A stretch of 64,000 nt of DNA from Mesorhizobium sp. (GTDB taxonomy: Bacteria; Pseudomonadota; Alphaproteobacteria; Rhizobiales; Rhizobiaceae): NCBI GenBank assembly GCA_049650385.1, contig JBASAA010000006.1:20979-84978 (forward strand). Direction: 5' to 3'. Position numbers and translations under genes: made by a program. Below are positions 1 to 8,815 of the stretch, in pieces (positions within the stretch are counted from its first letter, which is position 1; every line of letters starts with the position of its first letter). The notes beneath the pieces are model-generated. The model did not search any database. It saw nothing but the letters and a program-made list of their open reading frames with translations, and was not told the origin of the DNA.

Positions 1-1
1 C

Positions 2-262
2 GTGCTGCGCAAGACGAACGATGCGAACCTCGAACTGGTGCAACCGTTCGAGGATCCACTCGACGAGAAGGGCAAGCCCTCGCGCGGTTACGGCTCGGCC
101 TGGTTCCGCCGCGAGGACGAGGAACTGGTCGCAGCCTACAACGGCAAGCTTGCCGAGATCAGGGATAGCGGCAAGCTGCTGGAACTGATGGAGCCCTACG
201 GCTTCACGGCCGCGCAGGTCCCGGCTGCGGACGTCATGTCGGCCGAGCTCTGCAAGGCCTGA
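2..262 (+). CDS. Polar amino-acid ABC transporter substrate-binding protein, C-terminal fragment (5' end outside window)
   Basis: Frame is open from the window edge to the stop at 260-262. It is followed within 47 nt by two polar-amino-acid-type permeases and an ATPase. The family call rests on context plus the tail ...GKLAEIRDSGKLLELMEPYGF... Confidence 0.6.
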   Translation: MLRKTNDANLELVQPFEDPLDEKGKPSRGYGSAWFRREDEELVAAYNGKLAEIRDSGKLLELMEPYGFTAAQVPAADVMSAELCKA

Positions 263-308
263 TGATCACCATGGCGCGGCGCGGCTGCAATGCCGTGCCG
301 CCTTCGGA

Positions 309-974
309 TTGCCGATGACGCTTGTCGATTTTCTTCCTACCCTGCTCAGGGGTGCCCTCGTTACACTCGAGGCCACGCTGCTTTCGGCGGCTGTCGCCCT
401 TATAGTATCGGTCGTCGTCGGCCTGGTGCGGCTGTCGCGCTTCCGCGTCTTGCGGGGCGTGGCGCTGGTCTATGTCGAGGTCTTCCGCGGCACGTCCGCT
501 CTGGTGCAACTCTTCTATTTCTTCTTCGTACTGCCGCTTCTTGGCATCGACCTGTCCCCGATGACCGCCGGCGTGCTGGCGCTGGGGCTCAATTTCGGCT
601 CTTACGGGTCGGAGGTCGTGCGTGCCGCCGTGCTCAATGTGCCGCGTGGCCAGCACGAGGCGGCCATCGCGCTCAACTACTCCCCTGCGTTGGCCATGCG
701 CCGCATCATCTTCCCGCAAGCGCTTGCCGCCATGCTGCCGCCTTTCGGCAACCTGCTGATCGACCTCCTGAAGGCGACATCCCTCTTGTCGCTCATCACC
801 ATTGGCGACCTCACCTTTGCCGGCAAGACACTGGTGCAGGGACAGGGCCATGTCACCGAGGTCTACTCGCTGCTGCTCGTCATCTATTTCGTCATGGCAC
901 TGGGGCTCGGCCGGCTGATGCAGGCGGCGGAGCGGCGGGTGCCCGGCGCTGTTACGAAGGAGGCGGCGCGATGA
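309..974 (+). CDS. Amino-acid ABC transporter permease (His/Glu/Gln/Arg/opine family)
   Basis: 221-aa hydrophobic ORF with the family-typical ...VFRGTSALVQLFYFFFVLP... and ...PRGQHEAAIALN... segments. Its stop overlaps the next start (ATGA at 971-974). Confidence 0.9.
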   Translation: MPMTLVDFLPTLLRGALVTLEATLLSAAVALIVSVVVGLVRLSRFRVLRGVALVYVEVFRGTSALVQLFYFFFVLPLLGIDLSPMTAGVLALGLNFGSYGSEVVRAAVLNVPRGQHEAAIALNYSPALAMRRIIFPQALAAMLPPFGNLLIDLLKATSLLSLITIGDLTFAGKTLVQGQGHVTEVYSLLLVIYFVMALGLGRLMQAAERRVPGAVTKEAAR

Positions 975-1639
975 GCTTCGACTTCGACTACGCCTGGCAG
1001 ATTCTGCCCGTACTTCTACAGGCCACGCTGGTCACCTTCCAGGCTACCGTCGGCGGCATGGTGTTTGCCATGGTCCTGGGCCTCCTGCTGGAACTGCTGC
1101 GCCGCTCGGGCGTCGCGCCCATCGTCTACGCGACGCGCGGGGCGGTTTCCTTCATTCGTGGCACGCCGCTGTTGATCCAGCTCTATTTCCTCTACTACGT
1201 GCTGCCGCTCTACGGGCTGACGCTGAATACGCTGACAACCGGCATTTTCGGCCTTGGCCTGCACTATGGCGCCTATCTGTCGGAAGTCTACCGCGCCGGC
1301 ATCGACGGCGTGCCGAAAGGACAGTGGGAGGCGGCCGTCGCGCTCAATGCCTCGCGTTCCCACACCTGGGCGCGCCTCATCCTGCCGCAGGCCGTGCCGC
1401 CCATGCTGCCGGTCTTCGGCAACTACCTGATCGCCATGTTCAAGGACACGCCGCTGTTGGCAACCATCACTCTGCTTGAGTTGCTCGGCACGGCGCAGGC
1501 GGAAGCGGCCATTTCCTACCGCTACCTCGAACCCTACACGCTGGTCGGGTTGATCTTCCTTGCTCTGAGCTGGCCTTCCGCCTCGCTGGTCCGGCTCCTC
1601 GAAAAACGCATAAACGCGGAGAACCGCAATGGGCGCTGA
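971..1639 (+). CDS. Amino-acid ABC transporter permease (second subunit)
   Basis: In-frame ATG at 971 inside the shadow-extended ORF 290..1639. The sequence MSFDFDYAWQILP... carries ...FIRGTPLLIQLYFLYYVLP... and ...PKGQWEAAVALN..., paralogous to the previous permease. Confidence 0.88.
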   Translation: MSFDFDYAWQILPVLLQATLVTFQATVGGMVFAMVLGLLLELLRRSGVAPIVYATRGAVSFIRGTPLLIQLYFLYYVLPLYGLTLNTLTTGIFGLGLHYGAYLSEVYRAGIDGVPKGQWEAAVALNASRSHTWARLILPQAVPPMLPVFGNYLIAMFKDTPLLATITLLELLGTAQAEAAISYRYLEPYTLVGLIFLALSWPSASLVRLLEKRINAENRNGR

Positions 1640-2414
1640 ATCTCGCCAACCGATCCTCAGGCTGCGCGGCGTCTCCAAATCCTACGGCAGCGTCCAGATC
1701 CTGCGCGAGATCGACCTGGACGTCGGTGCGGGTCAGCGCATCGCACTGATCGGCCCCAGCGGCTCGGGCAAGACCACGCTGCTGCGGCTGGTGATGACGC
1801 TGGAGACGCCTGAGGCTGGCACGATCGAGGTGGAGGGCGAGCTTCTGGGGCTGAGGCGGGCTGGCGACAGGCTGGTCAAGGACAGGGGCGCCCATCTGCG
1901 GTCGGTGCGAGGCAAGATCGGCATGGTCTTCCAGCATTTCAATCTTTTTCCGCATATGACCGCGCTGCAGAACATCATGGACGGGCCGGTGCATGTGCGC
2001 GGCCTGCCGAAGGAGCAGGTGCGCGCCCGCGCGCTCGATCTCCTGTCCAAGGTGGGGCTGAGGCAGAAGGCCGACTCCTACCCGCGCCAGCTCTCAGGCG
2101 GGCAACAGCAGCGCGTGGCGATTGCCCGCGCGCTTGCCATGGAGCCTAAAATCCTGCTTTTCGACGAGATCACGTCGGCCCTGGATCCCGAACTGGTGGG
2201 CGAGGTGCTGACGATCGTGCGCAACCTGGCGAACGAGACCGGCACCACGATGCTGATCGTCACGCACGAGATGGGCTTCGCGCGCGAAGTCGCCGATCGC
2301 GTCCTTTTCATGGAGGGCGGCCGTATCGTGGAGGACGGGGATCCGGAGCAGGTTTTCGCAAATCCCCGCAGCGAGCGTACCAGGGCGTTTCTTGGCGCTG
2401 TGCTGCACCGGTGA
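1629..2414 (+). CDS. Polar amino-acid ABC transporter ATP-binding protein (EhuA-like insertion after Walker A region)
   Basis: Walker A GPSGSGKTT, signature [15 protein letters not shown] and Walker B ILLFDE. The start overlaps the permease stop by 11 nt. The stretch ...GDRLVKDRGAHLRSVRGKIGMVFQ... resembles ectoine-type EhuA ATPases from memory. Confidence 0.93.
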   Translation: MGAESRQPILRLRGVSKSYGSVQILREIDLDVGAGQRIALIGPSGSGKTTLLRLVMTLETPEAGTIEVEGELLGLRRAGDRLVKDRGAHLRSVRGKIGMVFQHFNLFPHMTALQNIMDGPVHVRGLPKEQVRARALDLLSKVGLRQKADSYPRQLSGGQQQRVAIARALAMEPKILLFDEITSALDPELVGEVLTIVRNLANETGTTMLIVTHEMGFAREVADRVLFMEGGRIVEDGDPEQVFANPRSERTRAFLGAVLHR

Positions 2415-2436
2415 CGGACAGGCAGGAGGCGACGCG

Positions 2437-3690
2437 GTGATCTTCAGTAGCGGACAAGGTCTCGAGAGAGTGCGGCTGGTTTGCGCGTGGTGTGGCGCTG
2501 GCCGCCCGGCCGATCTCGATCCCTGGTGCCATGTCTGCGGCGGCTCGCTGATCGCGGAGAATGACGGTGCCGCCGCACTGCCGGAAAGCTGGAAGAGTTT
2601 TTCCGAAATTGCATCACTGCTGCCGGCCGGCGGCAATCTCGTCAGCCTGGGTGAGGGTAATACGCCGCTGGTTTCTCTCGCCCGGCTTTGCGGTGAAGAC
2701 GCGGTCCATGCCAAGGCTGACTGGATGAACCCTACCGGATCGTTCAAGGACCGAGGCGCGGCAGTGGCTGTGTCGGCTGCGCGTGGCCTCGGCGCCGAGG
2801 GCGTGGTTTGCGCTTCGACGGGCAACAACGCGACCTCCGTCAGCGCCTATGCCGCGCGCGCCGGGTTACCCTGCATCATCACGCTGTCATCGTCCACGCC
2901 TGCCAGCAAAGTCGCGCATGCGCGAGCCTATGGCGCGACACTGGTGGAGGTGGAGGGAACCTTCAGCGACGCCTACCACATGGCCGAGGCGATCAGGCTG
3001 GCGGCGCCGCGCTGGGCCAATCTCACTTCGACCTATGCCAATCCGTACATGACGGCGGCGCACGCCACGATCTTCTACGAGCTTTGCCGGCAACTTGGCA
3101 GCGTCCCCGGAACCATCATCGTGCCGATCGGTGCAGGTCCGATGCTCGCCGGCATTCTACAGGGCGCGGAACATCTCCTGCGTCAGGGCGAGATATCGCG
3201 GCTTCCGGTATTGGTGGGCGTGCAGTCGGCAGGCTGCGCGCCGATCGCCCGGGCTTTTGAGTTGGGTCGCGAGACCGTGGAGGAATGGACCGGCGCCGAT
3301 TTCGGCATCGCGGGCTCCATCAACGATCCGCTGCGCGGCTATCCGGCCGACGGAACCCGTACCCTGCGGGATATCCGCCGCACCGGCGGCTTCGCGGTAG
3401 CCGTGGACGACACGGAAATACGGGCCGCCATGAGCGATCTCGCCCGGTTCGAGGGCATCGCCGCCGAGCCGGCCGCCGCGGCTCCCCTGGCCGCGTTGCG
3501 CAGGCTGATGGGCAGCCACGACCTGCCACGACCGATTACGCTTGTCGTCTCGGGGCATGCGCTGAAGGACCCCGGTGCGCTTCCGGGCTCGTCGCCGCGC
3601 CTTTCGGCCAGGGACGGCAATGGGCCGCACGATTTCATTGCTGCCGCCATCGAATATTTTGCCGGGACGGCTCAACCGTCGGCAAGCTGA
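2437..3690 (+). CDS. Threonine-synthase-like PLP-dependent enzyme with N-terminal CxxC...CxxC zinc-ribbon
   Basis: PLP-lysine motif NPTGSFKDRGA followed by ASTGNNATS, which is the ThrC/tryptophan-synthase-beta fold. The N-terminus carries CAWCG-x12-CHVCG. I prefer the GTG at 2437 because AGGAGG lies 7 nt upstream (2424-2429). The track ORF starts at 2392. Confidence 0.8.
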   Translation: MIFSSGQGLERVRLVCAWCGAGRPADLDPWCHVCGGSLIAENDGAAALPESWKSFSEIASLLPAGGNLVSLGEGNTPLVSLARLCGEDAVHAKADWMNPTGSFKDRGAAVAVSAARGLGAEGVVCASTGNNATSVSAYAARAGLPCIITLSSSTPASKVAHARAYGATLVEVEGTFSDAYHMAEAIRLAAPRWANLTSTYANPYMTAAHATIFYELCRQLGSVPGTIIVPIGAGPMLAGILQGAEHLLRQGEISRLPVLVGVQSAGCAPIARAFELGRETVEEWTGADFGIAGSINDPLRGYPADGTRTLRDIRRTGGFAVAVDDTEIRAAMSDLARFEGIAAEPAAAAPLAALRRLMGSHDLPRPITLVVSGHALKDPGALPGSSPRLSARDGNGPHDFIAAAIEYFAGTAQPSAS

Positions 3691-3731
3691 CGGGCACTGC
3701 CCGCTGACAAGACAATCAAAGGAGACGGAAT

Positions 3732-4112
3732 TTGCGCAAGACCGCGATGATCGACGAGGCCGTAGCGCCTGCAGGCCATTACTCCCATGCGATTATCGCC
3801 AATGGCTTGGTCTACGTTTCCGGGCAGGGGCCGGTCGATCCCCGAACAGGTGAAATGCCAGCGACATTCGCCGGGCAGGTAGGGCAGACCCTTCGCAACC
3901 TGGATACGATCCTGCGGGGCGTCGGCACGGAACTGAAGAACGCGGTCAAGATCAACGCCTATCTCAGCGACGTCGCCAATTTTCCCGAATTCGATGCTGT
4001 CTACCGGAATTTCTTTGCCGACGAACCGCCGGCCAGAACCACTGTCGGCTGCCAACTCGTAGACATCATGGTGGAGATAGATTGTACGGCGGTCCTTCCC
4101 TCCGCTGCTTGA
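3732..4112 (+). CDS. RidA/YjgF-family reactive-intermediate (enamine/imine) deaminase
   Basis: 126-aa ORF with ...GHYSHAIIANGLVYVSGQGP... and the C-terminal ...PPARTTVGCQL..VEIDC... including the conserved Arg. AAGGAG lies 8 nt upstream of the TTG at 3732. An alternative ATG is at 3747. Confidence 0.85.
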   Translation: MRKTAMIDEAVAPAGHYSHAIIANGLVYVSGQGPVDPRTGEMPATFAGQVGQTLRNLDTILRGVGTELKNAVKINAYLSDVANFPEFDAVYRNFFADEPPARTTVGCQLVDIMVEIDCTAVLPSAA

Positions 4113-4173
4113 CGGACTTCCAGGAAAACCAACGCGGTTTCCATTTCCGGAAGACGTGCATTAAGCGCAGGGA

Positions 4174-4953
4174 TCACTCGGCCGCGCGCGAAACGGAGGT
4201 GAGGGACAGGCGGTCGGCGCTTGCGGTGAGGCGCTGGACAAGCGATCTTACCTCGTCCTGGCTCCGATCGATGGTCACGACTGCGCACAACGTCGCCATC
4301 GCCTTGCCGGTTTCGTCGCGGATGGGCGCCGCAAGGCATTGCGTAAGACCGTCGATCAGTCCCGATGTGATGGCGTAGCCGGCGGCGCCCGCCTCGAGCA
4401 CGTCGCGGCAGAATTCATCGACCCCGATGCTTCGGCCGTCCGGGAGCATGAAATCCTCCGGCGGAACGAGGGCGATGATTTCCTCGCGCGTCATGCCGGC
4501 CAGCAACAAGCGCCCGGAAGCCGTCCATGGAATCGGCAGCCTGACACCGACTTCCGAACTGATGCGGAACATGCGCGCGCCCGTCTGCACATAGGCGATG
4601 GTGTATTTATTGCCTTGCAAGGTGCAGAACTCGAACGTTTCCCCGGTTTCGCCAGCCAGCCGATCGACCTCGTTGCGTGCCCGGCGCATGAGGTCGTTGC
4701 GCCTCAGGTAGTCGGCGGCGTAGAAATGGACGGCCCGCCCGAAGAATATCCTGCCGCGCGGCCCGTAATCCTCCAGGATATCAGACCGGATAAAGCGCTT
4801 GACGATGTTGTAGATGGTTGAGCGTGGAGCACCGAGGCGCTGCGCCATCTGGGCAATGGACATCGGTTCGCCCGCCTCATGCAGGCACTCCAGTATATCG
4901 ATCGCGCGGTCGAGCCCGCTTTCTCGCAGCTTGGTTTTCGGTTCGCTCGTCAT
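4174..4953 (-). CDS. IclR-family transcriptional regulator
   Basis: The winged-HTH segment LDRAIDILECLHEAGEPMSIAQMAQRLGAPRSTIYNIVKRF is followed by an IclR effector domain. I prefer the internal ATG (MTSEPK...) over the track start at 4995. Confidence 0.88.
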   Translation of the reverse strand: MTSEPKTKLRESGLDRAIDILECLHEAGEPMSIAQMAQRLGAPRSTIYNIVKRFIRSDILEDYGPRGRIFFGRAVHFYAADYLRRNDLMRRARNEVDRLAGETGETFEFCTLQGNKYTIAYVQTGARMFRISSEVGVRLPIPWTASGRLLLAGMTREEIIALVPPEDFMLPDGRSIGVDEFCRDVLEAGAAGYAITSGLIDGLTQCLAAPIRDETGKAMATLCAVVTIDRSQDEVRSLVQRLTASADRLSLTSVSRAAE

Positions 4954-5360
4954 GCGCAGCAGATTGTCCTCTTGCGGGCAACGCCGATGTCGCACCGCCA
5001 GCTCTACGATAGGTGACTTTTATGTAGGAAGGCCGTCGGTGTCACGCCCAGATCGCCGAGGGTAGAAAAAGCCTGGACCGACCAGAACTCATTTTTTGGG
5101 GCTGTCGACCAGCTTTTTCGTGCTGAAAGCCGGGACGGGTGGACAGACGTTGCTGCCGATGGCGGATTGCGAGACCGTTCCCCAGCATGATCGATGCCTG
5201 CGGCTTTCTTGTAATTCTCGAAAGAAATACCCTAGGCACTGCAAGTTGCAGGACCCTTGGAGGTCGACAGGCCGCCTTTGAATGGATCGCCTAGTCCGCG
5301 AGCGCCGTTCAAGCTCTCGCAGATGCCGTGACAGGCGGGTCACGGTGCCCAATCCTCATC

Positions 5361-5393
5361 AAAAAACCAAAGCGGGTTCGCTTCAGGCTTTGG
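5361..5393 (-). terminator. Candidate intrinsic terminator of the CDO-like cupin gene
   Basis: On the minus strand: CCAAAGC (complement of 5387-5393), a 13-nt loop, GCTTTGG (5367-5373), then TTTTTT (5361-5366). The stem straddles the stop codon at 5383-5385. Confidence 0.45.
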
Positions 5394-5964
5394 AAGCCCT
5401 TGTCTTGACGCCGATACCCATCACGCTGGCCGTTCCCGCTTCCATGTCGAAGGTCAGGCGTTCGGACAGGCTCTCCAGCGCCCTGCCGTAGAAATGAAGA
5501 TGCCGGATCAACGAGCCGCCGCGAATCTCGACCGAATGGATGTCGTCCGGCATGAGCGCCACGCCGTTGCCCGGCGCGATGTCGACTTCCCGGAGCAGAT
5601 TGAGCCGGGCGCTCCCTGCGCCGGTTCCGCCGTCGACACGTTCGTACAGCTTGTTGTGCTCGGTGCCTTCAACCGCAGCGATGCATGCCCAGGTGGTGTG
5701 ATTATGAGGGGGGATCAGTTTTCCCGGGCGCATGACGTTCAGGTAAAGGGTGTAGCCCGTCTTGTCGTCGGCGTGCACGAGATATCGCGCTTGACGCTCG
5801 TCCGCTTCCGGGTCGGGATAGACGGAATCCGCCCACGCTTCCCGTTGGCCTGCAAGCGACAGCAGTTCTGTGAGAATGGTGTCGAGAGAGGAACGGTTGA
5901 CACCGTCCCGGCCAATCGTCTCAGTGGCAAGCGCCATAAAGGCGTCGACCTTGTTCTGCGCCAT
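5383..5964 (-). CDS. Cupin, cysteine-dioxygenase-like (thiol dioxygenase fold) protein
   Basis: Contains ...PPHNHTTWACIAAVEGTEHNKLY... (an HxH cupin motif spaced like the CDO-type IHDH...G..E) and a distal ...DDIHSVE... His. The start is taken at MAQNKV (5964); the track ORF extends to 6018. Confidence 0.7.
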   Translation of the reverse strand: MAQNKVDAFMALATETIGRDGVNRSSLDTILTELLSLAGQREAWADSVYPDPEADERQARYLVHADDKTGYTLYLNVMRPGKLIPPHNHTTWACIAAVEGTEHNKLYERVDGGTGAGSARLNLLREVDIAPGNGVALMPDDIHSVEIRGGSLIRHLHFYGRALESLSERLTFDMEAGTASVMGIGVKTRASKA

Positions 5965-6025
5965 CGGTAAACTCCCTGATCTGCCTGAAGATGTGTATGT
6001 AGGATGGCAGAAAGGCATGATCGGG

Positions 6026-6046
6026 TCAATGAATACATGTCATTGA
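6026..6046. promoter_or_regulatory. Dyad TCAATGA-N7-TCATTGA in the cupin / MmgE-PrpD divergent region
   Basis: Perfect 7-bp inverted arms at 6026-6032 and 6040-6046. It contains AATGAA...ATGTCATT, the halves of the motif also seen at 12632, 18381 and 25255. Confidence 0.35.
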
Positions 6047-6117
6047 GATGTTGTTTTTGATAAAAGAAATGTTAGGTTTGGCGACCGGATCGCGACGACC
6101 TGGAGGGGATGTGCCGC

Positions 6118-7608
6118 ATGGGAGCGGACTCGACGGCGACACCACGAACAGACGGACATTCGGCCAATCGTGTCGGAAGCGTCACGGCGCAGCTTGCGCG
6201 GTATATTGTCGATGCGCGCCTGCAGGACTTTCCACCGGAAGTGATCCGCAAGGCGGCGCTTTGCCTTCTCGACAGCATCGGCTGTTCCATGGCCGGCAGC
6301 CATACCCGTCGGGGTGACATTTTATATTCGCTGCTGACTCCGGTGGCGGAAGGAGGCATGCAGATTTTCGGGCGCCAGTTTCGCACGACCCCTTATGAAG
6401 CGGTTTTCTACAACGCACTGACTGCAAATTTCCTGGAACTCGATGATAGCTATGACCGGCCGGGCAGCATCATGTTCGCGCACCCGGGCGCGAATGTCGT
6501 GCCGCCGGTGCTTGCGCTGGCGCAGATGCGTGGCGCTTCCGGCCAGGAGGTGCTGGAGGCAATCGTGGTGGGATACGAAACCTGCCTGCGCGTGGGTGCG
6601 GCGATACAGCCAAGCTACCGCCGTGCGACCGAAGAAGTATGGGGCTGCGCCACCTTCCAGACGTTTGGCTCGGTGGCCGCTGCCGCGAAACTGCTGAAGC
6701 TTGACCTGGAGCAGACCCTGAACGCGCTCGGTATTGCCGGTGCGACTGCCCCGGTTCCGTCCACGCTCAAGGTCTGGCGCGACGACCATCCGGATATGCA
6801 CAACGGCTATGGGTGGGCGGCGGAGGCGGGCCTGCGTGCCGCGCTGATTGCCGAGCGTGGCTATACCGCGCCGCACGACATCCTCGACGGAAACAACGGC
6901 TTCTGGAGAATGTACGGTTCCGACCAGTGCGACTTCGCCCTGTTTACCGAGGGCCTTGGAAAACGTTTCGCCATTCTCGACGTCGCCTTCAAGCCGTGGC
7001 CCGCCTGCCGTTGGACGCATCCCGTCATGGATGCGGGCAAGGCCCTTACGGAAAGACAGGGGCTACGGCTAAGGACGTTGGAAGACATTGAACGCGTCCG
7101 CAAGGTCACCGTCCGGATTTTTGCGCAGGCGACACGGTATCCCTATGCCAACTACAAGCCCGGGACGCTGCTGGAGGGACAGTTCAGCACGCCTTTCTGC
7201 GCCGCTGCGGCATTGCTCCGTGTCTGGCCCGAAGAGTCGCTGTTCCGATCGGGAGGAATGTGCGATCCGCGCTTGCCGGCGCTGATGGGGAAGATTGAAT
7301 TGCAGGTCGATCCGGGCGCGGAGGCGGCTTTTCCCGGCAACGGCGGCGATGCGCTCTCAGCAGGAATGACCGTGGAGACACGGGACGGTACGTACGACAT
7401 CTTCATACCGGCCCCGTTCGGAGACCGGCGCAATCCCATGGAACTGGACGATCTGATCGCCAAGTTTCATTCGAGCAACGCCAATCGCATCACCAAGACT
7501 GAAGTGTCTTCGATAGCCGATACCGTGATCGCTCTTTGCGACGACGTGCCGGCAGCCCCGCTCCTGGCGATGCTATCCCACGCGGCCACGGTTGAAGCGG
7601 CCTTTTGA
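6118..7608 (+). CDS. MmgE/PrpD-family protein (2-methylcitrate dehydratase superfamily; substrate unknown)
   Basis: About 496 aa, with the N-terminal ...LARYIVDARLQDFPPEVIRKAALCLLDSIGCSMAG... typical of MmgE/PrpD. The ATG at 6118 lies 11 nt after GGAGG (6102-6106). The track start at 6109 abuts the SD. Confidence 0.85.
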   Translation: MGADSTATPRTDGHSANRVGSVTAQLARYIVDARLQDFPPEVIRKAALCLLDSIGCSMAGSHTRRGDILYSLLTPVAEGGMQIFGRQFRTTPYEAVFYNALTANFLELDDSYDRPGSIMFAHPGANVVPPVLALAQMRGASGQEVLEAIVVGYETCLRVGAAIQPSYRRATEEVWGCATFQTFGSVAAAAKLLKLDLEQTLNALGIAGATAPVPSTLKVWRDDHPDMHNGYGWAAEAGLRAALIAERGYTAPHDILDGNNGFWRMYGSDQCDFALFTEGLGKRFAILDVAFKPWPACRWTHPVMDAGKALTERQGLRLRTLEDIERVRKVTVRIFAQATRYPYANYKPGTLLEGQFSTPFCAAAALLRVWPEESLFRSGGMCDPRLPALMGKIELQVDPGAEAAFPGNGGDALSAGMTVETRDGTYDIFIPAPFGDRRNPMELDDLIAKFHSSNANRITKTEVSSIADTVIALCDDVPAAPLLAMLSHAATVEAAF

Positions 7609-7639
7609 TAAATGCGCTTCCGGGGGAAGGCCTTCTTTG

Positions 7640-7668
7640 TTGACATGCTGCTTGGCCGAACGTAACAT
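7640..7668 (+). promoter_or_regulatory. Sigma70-like promoter upstream of the LLM monooxygenase operon
   Basis: TTGACA (7640-7645), a 17-nt spacer, then TAACAT (7663-7668), 40 nt upstream of the ATG at 7708. It lies in a locally AT-rich gap after the MmgE/PrpD stop. Confidence 0.4.
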
Positions 7669-7707
7669 CTTAGAAAATATATCTAACATTCTATAAGGTT
7701 GGGACTC

Positions 7708-8736
7708 ATGGATTTCGGTGCATTTATCCTCTTTCAGCGTCTCGACGAGAGTGTGGCGACGAAGGACGTCTACAGGCATTCGCTGGATCTCGTCTGTCGG
7801 GCCGAGGAGCTTGGATTTTCCACCGCCTGGTTTCCAGAGCACCACCTCATCCACTACGTTTCGTGCCCTTCGCCGCTGATGATGACCGTGGCCGCGGCGG
7901 CCCGGACCTCGAAGATACGGCTGGGCACGGCGATCGCGGTCGCCCCGTACTACCATCCGATACGCCTCGCCGGCGAAATCGCCCAGGCCGACACCCTGAC
8001 CGGCGGCCGGCTCGAGATCGGCATCGGTCGTGGGGCGGTCAACTACGAGTTTGCGCGCTTCGGCGTGGATGCCAAGCTGGCATCGGCAAGGTTTTTCGAG
8101 TCCGCGTCCGTCGTCAAGCGCTTCCTGAGCGAGGAGGAGGTTGAGCATCAGGGCGAGTTCTGGAATTTCCCCGCCTCGACTACGGTGCCTCGGCCCGCGC
8201 AGACGCCGTTCCCGCGCATGTGGGTGGCTGCCCGGTCGATCGACACGATCCGCTGGTCGATAGGCAACGGCTTCAACGTGATGACCAACGTCGGATGGGG
8301 CGAGCCGTTCACGGTCATCGAGCAGGTGGCGCAGCAGGTGAATGCGGCGATCCGCGAGATCAATCCGCCGGTGCGACCGAAGTTCGGGGTTTCCAGGGTG
8401 TGCTTCGTGGCCGAAACCGATGCCCTGGCGAGGGAGGCGATGCGCGCGGCCCAGGTCAGCAGCCGCATCTTCAGCCGCCTTTTCCGGGATCAGGTCGAGG
8501 TGCGGAACGGATTCCCGGTGCCGGAGCCCCTGGAGGGGGAGGCGTCAGCGGAACATCTCAGCGAGACCCTGGTCGTGGGCTCGCCGGCGACCTGCATCGA
8601 GAAGCTGAAGCGTTACAAAGAGATCGGTGTAGACCATTTCATGATGTTCGTATTCGGACCGGACCAGGCCTCGATGAAGCGATCGATGGAACTCTTCGGC
8701 ACCGAGGTCATGCCCTATTTCAGCGATACGAAGTAA
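7708..8736 (+). CDS. Luciferase-like (LLM class) flavin-dependent monooxygenase/oxidoreductase
   Basis: MDFGAFILFQ...AEELGFSTAWFPEHHL...GRLEIGIGRG... are LuxA-like TIM-barrel motifs. The ATG at 7708 has AAGG 9 nt upstream. The track start is the TTG at 7699. Confidence 0.85.
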   Translation: MDFGAFILFQRLDESVATKDVYRHSLDLVCRAEELGFSTAWFPEHHLIHYVSCPSPLMMTVAAAARTSKIRLGTAIAVAPYYHPIRLAGEIAQADTLTGGRLEIGIGRGAVNYEFARFGVDAKLASARFFESASVVKRFLSEEEVEHQGEFWNFPASTTVPRPAQTPFPRMWVAARSIDTIRWSIGNGFNVMTNVGWGEPFTVIEQVAQQVNAAIREINPPVRPKFGVSRVCFVAETDALAREAMRAAQVSSRIFSRLFRDQVEVRNGFPVPEPLEGEASAEHLSETLVVGSPATCIEKLKRYKEIGVDHFMMFVFGPDQASMKRSMELFGTEVMPYFSDTK

Positions 8737-8815
8737 TCCCGGCTACTGCGGGCTGCTGCCGGTGCAGGCGCTCCCGCATGGAACGTCGAGCGATTGTTCT
8801 GGACGAGGTTTGAAT

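Noticed and set aside
290-1639. 449-aa ORF spanning both permease genes
   Set aside because: Its first about 227 codons are an Arg/Ala/Pro-rich out-of-frame shadow of the first permease gene. Only the part from the ATG at 971 has membrane-protein character.
4123-4142. Imperfect hairpin GGAAAACC-N5-GGTTTCC after the first RidA gene as a terminator
   Set aside because: The stem needs a bulge, is only 5-7 bp, and is not followed by a T-run. The evidence is too weak to annotate.
5234-5250. Sigma54-like AGGCAC-N6-TTGCA element
   Set aside because: The spacing is one base longer than the strict TGGCAC-N5-TTGC consensus and the first base differs. No plus-strand gene lies downstream. It is more simply read as part of the 13-bp palindrome.
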